From Candidatus Neomicrothrix subdominans (GTDB lineage: Bacteria > Actinomycetota > Acidimicrobiia > Acidimicrobiales > Microtrichaceae), in contig JADJZA010000003.1 in the NCBI GenBank assembly GCA_016719385.1, forward strand, positions 4,161 through 68,160: DNA of 64,000 bases, given 5' to 3'. Below are positions 47,424 through 56,742 of this stretch, in pieces; positions within the stretch are counted from its first letter, which is position 1, and every line of letters begins with the position of its first letter. The notes beneath the pieces were generated by a model that saw only the letters and a list, made by a program, of their open reading frames with translations, ran no database searches and was not told the origin of the DNA. Position numbers and translations under genes: made by a program.

Positions 47424-47758
47424 AGGAGAACTCGTTCTGCGCAGCAAGCGGCCTGTCTGCGGTCCAGCACGTCGCAACTCCTTCAGCTTTGGCCAAGTGT
47501 GCGCGGGCCTCAGCGAGCGGGCTCATGCTTGGGCTGGCGCCGAGGGACGCCAAGCAGGCTCCACTTTCATGGCGGGCACGATGCGATCAGCACAAACTCG
47601 CGCAGGAAAGCGAGCCCGACGGGGATGATCTTCCCCTCAGTTTCGTTGTCCCAACTCACTCGTAGGGTGACCTCGTTGCATCCTCCTCAAACGGGAAGTT
47701 GCCCGGTCGCAGGCCCCGGAGGCCTTGCCCCACGTCAAGCGACCATGGGAGGTAGGCC

Positions 47759-48169
47759 GTGTCTATCACCAACGAGGACCGCTACAATCTGCAGGAACGA
47801 GCCAACGAGCTGTTGGGAAAGAAGGAGGGCACGACCTTGATGGAACTGCTCCCACCGGTCGGTTGGGCCGATGTTGCAACCAAGAACGACCTCGACGTCC
47901 AGACCGCCTTGCTCGATGCCAAGCTCTCGCTGCTCCGCTCCGACCTCGACACCCAGCTCTCCGGGCTTCGGTCGGACCTCGAGCGCAAGACCTCCGGGCT
48001 TCGTTCTGACCTCGAGCACAAGACGTCCGGGCTTCGGTCTGATTTTCAAGCGGAACTGGAGTCAGGACTCCGTCGGCTCGAGAGCAGGATGTTCACAGCG
48101 TTCCTGACAATGATCGGTGTGCTGGCCACGATGGCGGCGCTCCTGGTCGCCGTCCTTCTGCAGGCCTAG
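47759..48169 (+). CDS. Tail-anchored coiled-coil repeat protein, paralogue 3
   Basis: GTG start preceded by GGGAGG. MSITNEDRYNLQERANELLGKKEGTTLMELLPPVGWADVATKNDLD, 11-aa (T/L)SGLRSDLExK units, TM FLTMIGVLATMAALLVAVLL. Confidence 0.65.
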   Translation: MSITNEDRYNLQERANELLGKKEGTTLMELLPPVGWADVATKNDLDVQTALLDAKLSLLRSDLDTQLSGLRSDLERKTSGLRSDLEHKTSGLRSDFQAELESGLRRLESRMFTAFLTMIGVLATMAALLVAVLLQA

Positions 48170-48221
48170 AACGCAACACCGCTTGGTCGCAGCGACAGGC
48201 GTCGGCAGCTTGTCTCTGGGG

Positions 48222-49352
48222 TTATGGGCGCGGAGTACTGACAAGCGCGACCGCCCGGTGGGCGTTGCCATGGGTCAGCCGCTCGACCGGAACCGTTGCG
48301 GCCAGATCACACACGGCGTCCAGCGCCGCCTGCCCGGCCCGGGCCAAATTGAGCGTGTTGGCCAGCAACTCGACCACGGCCTCGTGGGGTTCCAACCGCT
48401 GCAACGTCGCCTCGGCACCCTCCTCGTAGGTGGGCAGCACCACCCTGTTCACCGGTCCGACGTCACCGTCAAGACGAACGACATCAGCGTTGATTTCGGC
48501 CGGGTCGAGATCGCCGCCGTCGCTCTCGGGCAGGTTGAGCACCGCCCGGCTGGACGCATCGATCGCCAGCCGCTTGGGGTAGCCCACCGCCATCCCGGAT
48601 CCGGGCCGCACGCCGATCGCCTCATCGCCCAGGTAGTCCCAGCCGGCGGCCACAAAAGCGCCGGTCAGCGTCGACTTGCCGTTGCCCGACGGTGCGGGCA
48701 GCAGCACCAGCTGTCCATCCGGCGAGCGCACGGCCCCGGCGTGGAACGCAGCGCAACTGTGGGTCCACACTGCGTACTCGTTGACCACCGACGTCAGCTG
48801 GCGCAGGCACGCCTCCCGGCTGGGAAAGCGCCACTCGTAATCGGTGACGAGCACCAGCTCGCCCTCGGGGGTCTCGTGGACATCGAAGAACATGGTCGGC
48901 TTCTCGGCGTCGGTCCCCGTGCCGAGGAACGTGTCGAGGGCCTCCAGCACCTCGGTCTGCGGGCCCCGCAGCGCAATGTTGTGATCGATCACCGGGTGGA
49001 CTCTGCCGGTCACCGCTCCCCCGGTCACCGCGCCGTCGGCCGCCTCCTCGGTCGAACCGGCCGGCGGCTTCGGAGCGTCGAATGGCTCGTCCCGGCCGAT
49101 GAGCCCCAGCTCGGTGAGCATGGCCAGCCCTGCGGACACGTCGGCGGCGACGTTTGCCCGGTCGATGCCGGCATCCTCAGCCCAGGCGGTGACCGCAGCA
49201 TCGACGTCGCCCTCGCCGTCGCAGGCGGCCAGCAGCGTGCCGGCGGTGGCGTTGAGCTGGTGGGCGGTTTCGGTGATCAGGTCGTAGGCGATCGCCCGCT
49301 CGCCCATCGGTGACAACAGCACGCCGGGGGAACGCTCGGGAAAGGGAGGCAC
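48222..49352 (-). CDS. PqqD-like domain fused to an intact HprK-like P-loop kinase
   Basis: RAIAYDLITETAHQLNATAGTLLAACDG...LAMLTELGLI is PqqD-like. FHAGAVRSPDGQLVLLPAPSGNGKSTLTGAFVAAGWDYLGDE is kinase-like. Start uncertain: GTG 49352 or ATG 49307. Confidence 0.6.
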   Translation of the reverse strand: MPPFPERSPGVLLSPMGERAIAYDLITETAHQLNATAGTLLAACDGEGDVDAAVTAWAEDAGIDRANVAADVSAGLAMLTELGLIGRDEPFDAPKPPAGSTEEAADGAVTGGAVTGRVHPVIDHNIALRGPQTEVLEALDTFLGTGTDAEKPTMFFDVHETPEGELVLVTDYEWRFPSREACLRQLTSVVNEYAVWTHSCAAFHAGAVRSPDGQLVLLPAPSGNGKSTLTGAFVAAGWDYLGDEAIGVRPGSGMAVGYPKRLAIDASSRAVLNLPESDGGDLDPAEINADVVRLDGDVGPVNRVVLPTYEEGAEATLQRLEPHEAVVELLANTLNLARAGQAALDAVCDLAATVPVERLTHGNAHRAVALVSTPRP

Positions 49353-49362
49353 CCGTTCGAGG

Positions 49363-50079
49363 TTAGTTGTCCTCTGGGCGGGCCCCGGAAGGCGGCCGCA
49401 CACGAGGCACCACAACCGCCGTCATCACCAGGAGCGAAGCGGTGAGGCCCATCGCCGACAGCATCACCGCCACCACCACGCTCTGGCGCATGATCACCCG
49501 CGACAACGGCAGCGCGATCAGCACCTGCGCGACGACGACCACCGCCCAGCCGGCCCTCGACAGCGTGGCGCGACGAAATCCGTCGACGAGCGGCGCGGCC
49601 ACCACGACCCCGATGGCGCTGACCGTGGCCAGCGCCGTGCCCCATCCCGCGGAGCCCACCCACACCGGGCCGAGGACGGCCACCCCCAGCGCGACGGTGC
49701 CCGCCGGACCAACCGGGCGGCGCGTGACGGCCAACGCCAGCGCCAACGGGGCGAGCACGGCACCCGCCGCCAGGGCAGGCTCGGTATCGGGGACCGAGGC
49801 CCACACACCGACCAGGCTGACGACAGCCAGCGGCGCCGCCCACTCCTCCAGCGGATGCGGCCGGGTGGGGTCGTCCGACCAGGCCACCACCAGCGCAGCG
49901 GCCACCAGCCACGGCCACCGTCGAGGGTCGTTCCAAGCACCGAGGACGGCTCCGGTCAGCCCGGCCAGCGCCACCAGGCGACGCTGCACGAACGACGGGG
50001 CAAACCGGGTTGTGGCGGCAAGCAACAGCCCCGCCCCCACCGCCCACGCCGCCAGCACCAGGTGATAGCGCTCGACCAC
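49363..50079 (-). CDS. Polytopic integral membrane protein
   Basis: 238 aa of alternating hydrophobic segments (at least 6 predicted by eye). Confidence 0.5.
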   Translation of the reverse strand: MVERYHLVLAAWAVGAGLLLAATTRFAPSFVQRRLVALAGLTGAVLGAWNDPRRWPWLVAAALVVAWSDDPTRPHPLEEWAAPLAVVSLVGVWASVPDTEPALAAGAVLAPLALALAVTRRPVGPAGTVALGVAVLGPVWVGSAGWGTALATVSAIGVVVAAPLVDGFRRATLSRAGWAVVVVAQVLIALPLSRVIMRQSVVVAVMLSAMGLTASLLVMTAVVVPRVRPPSGARPEDN

Positions 50080-50302
50080 GTCTCAGCGGCCCAGCCACAG
50101 GTTTTCGGCGACGCTGAACAGCACGACGACCGCGACGAAGCTCACCACGCACACCAGCACGTACAGCCCCGCGGTCTTCAGCCTGCGAAGCCCGCTCGAC
50201 AACCACGGCGGCGTCGTCCGCCTCGCTTCCCGACCGCCGGGTGCATCTTCTCCAACCGGCATGGATCGGACCCTACTCCGGCAGCCGCGTACCCTCTCCG
50301 GG

Positions 50303-51432
50303 GTGACGCGCATCTTCTTGTCGGCCCCCGACGTTCGCCAGCCCGAAAAAGACCTGCTGATGGCGGCAGTCGACTCGGGATGGGCGGCACCCGCCGGGCC
50401 CGACCTGGCCGCATTCGAAACCGAGATCGCCGCGGTCACCGGCGTCGATCACGCAGTGGCACTCTCCAGCGGCACCGCTGCGCTGCACCTGGCGTTGCAC
50501 GCCCTGGGGGTCGGCCCCGGCGACGAGGTCATCGTGTCGACGTTCACGTTCGCCGCCTCGGCCAACGCGGTATCCTACGTGGGCGCCACGCCCGTGTTCG
50601 TCGACTCCTCGGCCGACGACTGGAACCTCGACCCCGAACTGCTCGAGCGGGCGCTGGCGGAGCGGGCTGCGGTTGGCCGGCTGCCGGCCGCCGTGATCTC
50701 GGTCGACCTGTACGGCCAGCCCGCCGACTACCGACGGATCGAACCGATCTGCGAGCGCTACGGCGTGCCGCTCATCGAGGACGCCGCCGAGGCGCTCGGC
50801 TCGTCACTCGCCGGGCGGCCGGGTGGATCGTTCGGCAGGGTGGCCGCGCTGTCGTTCAACGGCAACAAGCTGATCACCACGTCCGGCGGCGGCATGCTGG
50901 TCGGCGCCGACGAGGCGCTGATCGAACGGGCGAGGTTTTTGTCCACGCAGGCCAAGGAGCCCGCCCCCACTACGAGCATCACGAGATCGGTTTCAACTAC
51001 CGGCTGTCCAACCTGCTGGCCGCGTTCGGCCGAGGTCAGCTGTCCACTTTGGACGAGCGGATCGCCCGGCGACGCTGGTACTTCGACCGCTACGTCGAAG
51101 TACTGGGCGACGTCGATGGGGTGACCTTCCAGCCCGAGATCGACGAGGGGTTCTGCAACCGCTGGCTGACCTGCGCGCTGATCGACCCTGCGCTGGCGGG
51201 CTTCAGCTCCGCCGACCTGCGCGAGCACCTGGACGGCGATGACATCGAGTCCCGCCCCACCTGGAAGCCGATGCACCAGCAGCGCTCGTTTGCCGGCGTT
51301 CCGACCGTGCTCAACGGCACGTCCGACCGGCTGTTCGACCACGGCATCTGCCTGCCCAGCGGCAGCGGCATGACCGACGGCGACTTCGACCGGGTGCTCA
51401 CCTCGATCGGCGTGTTCCTCAACCGCGCCTGA
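50303..51432 (+). pseudogene. DegT/DnrJ/EryC1/StrS-family sugar aminotransferase, frameshift in a C-run (or sequencing error)
   Basis: IFLSAPDV...FETEIAAVTGVDHAVALSSGTAALHLAL...SFNGNKLITTSGGGML..FLSTQAKEPAP shifts to HYEHHEIGFNYRLSNLLAAFGRGQL. The shift is at gcccccac near 50960. Confidence 0.65.
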
Positions 51433-51467
51433 ACTATCTCGGGAAACCAAACTTTTGCGATAATCCG

Positions 51468-51496
51468 TTGACGGTCGAACGCCTGTTCGGTACCAT
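51468..51496 (+). promoter_or_regulatory. Putative sigma-A type promoter
   Basis: TTGACG, 17-nt spacer, TACCAT, in a locally lower-GC stretch about 175 nt upstream of 51671. Confidence 0.3.
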
Positions 51497-51670
51497 GGTG
51501 TGTAGGTCATCGCAGGACCGGTCAATCTCGTCGGGTGGGGAGACGCACGGGATACGCAGGCCGCGATGATTGAGGTGTTGTCCAAGCGGACGCTTGGGGC
51601 GGCGCCGTCCACGTACGAAGAGCGACTCTCGTTGTGGGGTTGCTGGCTCCTTTGGGGGAGGTGAACATCC

Positions 51671-53317
51671 ATGGTCGAAACGACGGTGACCAACGGCGCG
51701 GGAGGCACGGCGGCACAAGGCTCCGCACGCACGGCGAAACGTGCCGGAGGAGACGTTGGGGCACGAGACGCTGGGACACGAGACGCCGGGGCACGAGACG
51801 CCGGGGCACGAGACGCTGGGACACGAGACGCTGGGACACGAGACGCTGGCTGTCTGTGTGGGGGCCTCACGGTCGACTCGGGCGTGTCGGAGTTGGACGT
51901 CGGGGCGTTGAAGGCCGAGATCGCTGCGCTCTCCAGGGTGGACGCGTTGGTGGTTGCCCGCCGTTCGGCGGTGGTTACCGAGTTGGCTCGTCGTGACGGG
52001 GATGTGGCCGAGCAGCTGCGCAGATCCGGCAACATGTCGTCTCGCCAGGCTCGTAAGGCGGCGAAGACCGCCCAGGGTTTGGCACACTTGCCAAAGACCC
52101 GCGAGGCGTTGGAACGCGGCGAGATCGGTGCCGGGCAGGCCGAGGCGTTGGCGTCTCGGATGGACAAGCCCGAACAGGCCCGCAACGTCCGAAACAACGA
52201 GGACTCACTGTTGGAGAAGGCCAAGTCCCAAGACGTCGACGAGTTCGCTCGCACCATGCGCCAGGAAGACATTGCCGGGTCACCCGATCACGGCAACACC
52301 CACGCCCAACGCCAGCGGCAGGCCCGGAAGGCGTCGACGTGGATCGACGGCGACACCGGCATGCATCTGCTGTTTGCCGAGTTCGATCCGATCACCGGCG
52401 CCCGCATCTCCACCCAACTGGCCACGATGGTCGACCAACTGTGGCGGGCCGAACACCTACCCGGCGCCGCCCGCCGCAACAAACGGGCGGTCGCCCAACG
52501 ACGCGCCGATGCCCTCGAAGCGCTCATCTGCCGCAACACCACCAAGAACGCCGGCACCACGACCGGCACCACCGACGCCCGGAGCAACGGTGACGTCCGG
52601 TGCGACGGCACCAGCAACGGCACCAGCAACGGCACCAGCACCGGCAACGGGACCAGCACGCCCGGCGGTGCGACGTCGACGCCCGAGGAACACCCTGCTC
52701 CGGCCGACGCGCCCGCCGGTCAGCCGAGCTTCGACTTCGGTCCCACCGGCGACACCGGTCCCACCGGCGACACAGCTGGTCCCACTCCCCAACCCACCAA
52801 GCACGATGATCCCGGCCCGGCACCAGTAGTGCCGGCGCCCAACCCGACCCAACTGATGGTCATCGCCAACTACGACGCGCTCCGTCAGGCTCTCGCCGGG
52901 GGATCGCTGCCCGACGGCACCCCGCTGTCCGCCGAAGCGGTCGCCAAGCTGGCCTGCGACGCCGAACTCCTCCCCGCCATCTTCGACACGAACGCCCAAC
53001 CGCTCTGGCTGGGCCGCACACAACGCCTCGCCACCCCCGCCCAACGAGCCGCCGTCACCGCCCGCGACCGCGGCTGCATCGGCTGCGCCACCGCCGCCGA
53101 ATGGTGCCAAGTCCACCACATCACCTGGTGGTCTCAACACGGCACCACCGATCTCGACAACCTCTGCTTGTTGTGCTCCAAACACCACCACCTCGTCCAC
53201 GAACACAACCTGAAGATCGTCCCAACCCCAAATGGACCCAAAATCCACACCGGAGGAACTCACCCGCCACCGCAGCGCTCAGCAACCGACCCCAGACCAA
53301 CGCACATCGCTGCCTAA
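51671..53317 (+). CDS. HNH endonuclease with DUF222-like N-terminal region (REP13E12-type)
   Basis: C-terminal RDRGCIGC...CQVHHITWW..GTTDLDNLCLLCSKHHHLVH. N-terminal DAGTR/DAGAR repeats come from 15-bp tandem units (about 51755-51845). Confidence 0.7.
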   Translation: MVETTVTNGAGGTAAQGSARTAKRAGGDVGARDAGTRDAGARDAGARDAGTRDAGTRDAGCLCGGLTVDSGVSELDVGALKAEIAALSRVDALVVARRSAVVTELARRDGDVAEQLRRSGNMSSRQARKAAKTAQGLAHLPKTREALERGEIGAGQAEALASRMDKPEQARNVRNNEDSLLEKAKSQDVDEFARTMRQEDIAGSPDHGNTHAQRQRQARKASTWIDGDTGMHLLFAEFDPITGARISTQLATMVDQLWRAEHLPGAARRNKRAVAQRRADALEALICRNTTKNAGTTTGTTDARSNGDVRCDGTSNGTSNGTSTGNGTSTPGGATSTPEEHPAPADAPAGQPSFDFGPTGDTGPTGDTAGPTPQPTKHDDPGPAPVVPAPNPTQLMVIANYDALRQALAGGSLPDGTPLSAEAVAKLACDAELLPAIFDTNAQPLWLGRTQRLATPAQRAAVTARDRGCIGCATAAEWCQVHHITWWSQHGTTDLDNLCLLCSKHHHLVHEHNLKIVPTPNGPKIHTGGTHPPPQRSATDPRPTHIAA

Positions 53318-53332
53318 GGACAGGTCAACCCG

Positions 53333-53694
53333 CTGACGATCACCGAAGACGACCGCCACCATCTACACCAACAGCTCGCAGGAGCGCTGGATCAACGAGG
53401 GGCCACCACGATGATGGAACTGCTCCCACCGGTGGGATGGGCCGACGTCGCCCCAAACGCGACCTCGACCAGCTCGAGGAACGCATGGACCTGCGGATTG
53501 ACAAGGTCGAGCACAGCATGAACCTCCGCTTCGACAAGGTAACGGAAAGCATAGATCTGCGCTTCGACGCAACCGTCTCGAGTTTCCATGCCGACCTTGC
53601 GGAGTCGGGTCGTCGGATGCAGGGCGTGTTCCTCACGGCAATCGTCGCTGCCACCAGCCTTCTCGCTGCGCTCTCGGTGTTCGGGCCCAAGTGA
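53333..53694 (+). pseudogene. Tail-anchored coiled-coil repeat protein, paralogue 4, start lost and frameshifted
   Basis: LTITEDDRHHLHQQLAGALDQRGATTMMELLPPVGWADVA, then a 1-nt gap (gccccaaacgc versus accaccaaacgc), then KRDLDQLEERMDLRIDKV...TM. CTG replaces the ATG. Confidence 0.55.
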
Positions 53695-53784
53695 CCCGCA
53701 GTCTCCGAAGCGATCAAGTTCCTCAGACGTTGACGCAGTATCGGCGACGTTGACCAGCCCCATGCTACGTGACACAATTGTGTC

Positions 53785-54054
53785 ATGGCGACTGAATCGG
53801 TGCGATCCGTGCGCAACAACTTCTCCGATGTCATCGGACGGGTGCAGCAGCATCACGAACGGGTGACCATCACCAAAAACGGTGAGCCCGCAGCCGTACT
53901 CATCAGCCCCGAGGACCTCGATTCGATGGAGGAAACGCTCACCATCCTGTCGGAGCCCGGTGCCCGGGCCGAGCTGGCGGAAGCCGAGCAGTCGATCCTC
54001 GATGGTGATGTCGTCGCTGGCGCCGACGCCATCGCTGCCCTCCGTCAAAGGTGA
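53785..54054 (+). CDS. Phd/YefM family antitoxin
   Basis: SVRSVRNNFSDVIGRVQQHHERVTITKNGEPAAVLISPEDLDSMEETL. Confidence 0.75.
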   Translation: MATESVRSVRNNFSDVIGRVQQHHERVTITKNGEPAAVLISPEDLDSMEETLTILSEPGARAELAEAEQSILDGDVVAGADAIAALRQR

Positions 54055-54326
54055 CCGAGGGTAGCTACAACGTCGTGCTTTCGCGTCCCGCGGCACGAGC
54101 GCTCGAAGAACGGCTTCCTGAGGCGGTTGCAGTTGCGGCGATCGACTTCATCAACGGTCCGCTGTCCGACAATCCGCAACGAGTTGGAGGCCCGCTGCAT
54201 GGCGAGCTCGAAGGCTGTCGAAGCGCCAGACGAGGCACCTACCGAATCGTGTACCGCATCGATGAGACGAAACATGCGGTGTTCGTTCTGCGGATCGCCC
54301 ATCGCCGGGACGTGTACTCGACGTAG
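54051..54326 (+). CDS. RelE/ParE family toxin
   Basis: 4-nt overlap with the antitoxin. ..RSARRGTYRIVYRIDETKHAVFVLRIAHRRDVY. Confidence 0.7.
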   Translation: MTEGSYNVVLSRPAARALEERLPEAVAVAAIDFINGPLSDNPQRVGGPLHGELEGCRSARRGTYRIVYRIDETKHAVFVLRIAHRRDVYST

Positions 54327-54364
54327 AGCCCCCACTCATGCTTTCGGCGTGCGGCCCCACCGGA

Positions 54365-55468
54365 TCAGCGCAACTGCGGCCTGATAACACCGATGAGTGA
54401 CGCCAGGGCGTCCCGGCGGCGCAGCGATCTGTCCTCCAGATGGGCCTTGGATGGCCAGGCGAGGGCGGTGAGGTAGGCCGCACGATCACGAAGCGACATC
54501 TCCCGGGCCACGTCCAGCTTGGCCCGACCCAGGCTGGAGCCCTCCCGCCGATGCCGCTCAACCATCACGACCTCGTCGGGGTCCAACCGGTAACCGGCCC
54601 GCCACTCCGTCCACGCCGGAACCTTGACGCCGAGTCGCTCGGCGACCAGGTCGACCGCCATCGCCAGCACGGCGCCGCCGCGCCACAGCGCCGCCTCGGG
54701 GGCGACCACCTCCGGGGCGAGGCCGCCGTTGGCCAGGTAACCGGCCAGGTCGCGCAGGTTCATCAGCGCCGGCTGGGGCGACCCCAACAGCAGGTGATAC
54801 GCCGAGTGCAGCAGGCGGTGGGTCGGGCTGAGCGCTCCGAAGCTCACCCCGCCGATCTCGAAATGATCCGGGTGGGCGAAGAGCCGTTCGAGGGGGATGC
54901 GATGCCCGAAGACTCCGTCGGCCGGCGTGCGATGCAGGTCGAACTCGACTCCGTCGGGAAGGGTGGGGGTGACCGACTTGGCGAACCGCCGGTCGAAGCC
55001 CCTGCGCCGCTCCGCCCACGGCAGCGTGCCTCCCATCGCCGTGAGGACCGCGACCGCCCGGTCGATGTCCCGCGCCGCCACCAGCAGGTCCACGTCGGCG
55101 AACGTACGCACCGACGGGTCGAGCGCATCGAGATGGGCGATCGCCGGGCCCTTGATCACCAAGTGCTCGATGCCGCCGGCCGCATCGAAGGCGTCGCGCA
55201 CCTCCAGCAGCCGGACCTCCAGCTGAATGCACCACAGCAGGGCACCGTGCTGGCGCTCCACCAAGTCGGCCTCGAGCTCCGGCGACAACTCGACATCGCC
55301 GGACGCAGCGGCGGCCAGCAGCGGCCCAATCAGCCGGGTCTGTTGCAGCCGACCGGCAAAACCCGCCTGGTCGCTGTCCGGGGGGAGTTCGATGCCCGGC
55401 GCCCCGGGCAGGCCCCAGCCGGCGATGGCTCGAAGCGCGGCCTCGGTGGCATCGACCGGCGCGGTCAC
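54365..55468 (-). CDS. Uncharacterised nucleotidyltransferase family protein (NTP_transf_5-like)
   Basis: HLVIKGPAIAHL..TFADVDLLVAARDIDRAVAVL...FDLHRTP pattern. 4-nt overlap with the upstream PqqD gene. Confidence 0.55.
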   Translation of the reverse strand: MTAPVDATEAALRAIAGWGLPGAPGIELPPDSDQAGFAGRLQQTRLIGPLLAAAASGDVELSPELEADLVERQHGALLWCIQLEVRLLEVRDAFDAAGGIEHLVIKGPAIAHLDALDPSVRTFADVDLLVAARDIDRAVAVLTAMGGTLPWAERRRGFDRRFAKSVTPTLPDGVEFDLHRTPADGVFGHRIPLERLFAHPDHFEIGGVSFGALSPTHRLLHSAYHLLLGSPQPALMNLRDLAGYLANGGLAPEVVAPEAALWRGGAVLAMAVDLVAERLGVKVPAWTEWRAGYRLDPDEVVMVERHRREGSSLGRAKLDVAREMSLRDRAAYLTALAWPSKAHLEDRSLRRRDALASLIGVIRPQLR

Positions 55469-55767
55469 GTGAGGCCCGCCGGGGCGACGGCCTGCTCGAC
55501 CGCCTCGATCAGCTGCGCGTCGACCAACGAATCGACTGCGGCCTGCACCTCGGCCACCCGTATCTCGCCCAGCTCGGGCCAGAGCTCACCGATTCGCTCG
55601 GTCAGCTCGTCGGCCGAGGCCGCCTCATCGAGCACCAGCCAGACGAAGAGGGCCGACCCCTCGATGCCCACCGTGTCCCGCCCCGACGCACCGACCCACG
55701 CCCGGCCGTGCAGGGCACGAAACACCATGCCGTGAACACGCTGGTAGCGAAGAGGGGGGGCTGACAC
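55465..55767 (-). CDS. PqqD family (RRE-type) protein
   Basis: 100 aa. ..GIEGSALFVWLVLDEAASADELTERIGELWPELG...VQAAVDSLVDAQLI. Confidence 0.55.
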   Translation of the reverse strand: MSAPPLRYQRVHGMVFRALHGRAWVGASGRDTVGIEGSALFVWLVLDEAASADELTERIGELWPELGEIRVAEVQAAVDSLVDAQLIEAVEQAVAPAGLT

Positions 55768-55781
55768 TCAACGGATCATAT

Positions 55782-56618
55782 TCACTTGGGGATCATGTTG
55801 AACTCGTCGGGGTTCGGTCCGTTCCGCTGGTCCCGGTCGAGGCCCGTGATCCGGGCCATCTCGTCGTCGGTCAAGTCGACGTCGAAGATGTCGAAGTTCT
55901 CCGCCACCCGGCTGGGCGTCACCGACTTGGGGAAGATGATGTCGCCCCGCTGGATGTGCCAGCGCAGCGTCACCTGGGCGGCGGTCTTGTGGTGGGCCTT
56001 CCCGATCTCGATCAGCGTGTCGTCGTCGAGCACCTTGCCCTGGGCGATCGGCGACCAGGCCTCGGTGGCGATGCCGCGCTCGGCGTTGGCGGCGCGCACG
56101 TCGTCCTGGACGAAGTACGGATGCACCTCGATCTGGTTGACCGACGGCGCCGTGTCGGTCTCGTCCGCCAGCCGCCTCAGGTGAGCGGGCTGGAAGTTGG
56201 ACACGCCGATCGAGCGGCAGCGGCCGGTCGCCTTGATCTCCTCCATCGCCCGCCACGTCTCGACAAAGTCGCCGACGTCGGGCATCGGCCAATGGATGAG
56301 GAACAGATCGAGCGCGTCGACGCCGAGGTCGTTGATCGTGGTTTCGAACGACGCCAGCGCGTCGTCGCGGCCGTGGTGGGAGTTGTTGAGCTTGCTGGTG
56401 ACGAACACCTCGGAGCTGTCCCCGCCGAAGTGCCGCAGCGCCTCCCCCACCTGGGCCTCGTTGCCGTACATCTGAGCGGTATCGATGTGGCGATACCCGG
56501 CGCGCAGCGCCGTCAGCGTGACGTCGACGGTGTCGGCCGGGTCGATCTGGAACACCCCGAAGCCCAGCTGAGGAATCTGCACCCCGTCGTTGAGGGTGAT
56601 GTTGGGGACCGTGCTCAT
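55782..56618 (-). CDS. Aldo/keto reductase
   Basis: IPQLGFGVFQ...GYRHIDTAQMYGNE...LFLIHWP...IGVSNF...QIEVHP...IPKS. Confidence 0.8.
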   Translation of the reverse strand: MSTVPNITLNDGVQIPQLGFGVFQIDPADTVDVTLTALRAGYRHIDTAQMYGNEAQVGEALRHFGGDSSEVFVTSKLNNSHHGRDDALASFETTINDLGVDALDLFLIHWPMPDVGDFVETWRAMEEIKATGRCRSIGVSNFQPAHLRRLADETDTAPSVNQIEVHPYFVQDDVRAANAERGIATEAWSPIAQGKVLDDDTLIEIGKAHHKTAAQVTLRWHIQRGDIIFPKSVTPSRVAENFDIFDVDLTDDEMARITGLDRDQRNGPNPDEFNMIPK

Positions 56619-56742
56619 CAGAGGGGTTTCCTTTGCGGGTCGGGGGCCAGCGTCTGTACCCGACGCAGTGACCTCCCAAACGGTGCCGGCGCAGCGCACG
56701 GAGCGAGATCGCCGACCGGGTCACCTCCCACCGTTGGCCGGT

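Noticed and set aside
48117-49313. 398-aa plus-strand ORF
   Set aside because: Antisense to the PqqD-kinase gene, which has clear motifs. Arg/Gly/His-rich shadow frame.
49277-50206. 309-aa minus-strand and 232-aa plus-strand ORFs overlapping the membrane protein gene
   Set aside because: These are alternative frames of the same GC-rich region. Only 49363..50079 gives a coherent multi-TM hydrophobic pattern.
51755-51845. Possible CRISPR or non-coding tandem repeat
   Set aside because: The 15-bp units are in frame inside the HNH/DUF222 ORF and contiguous without spacers.
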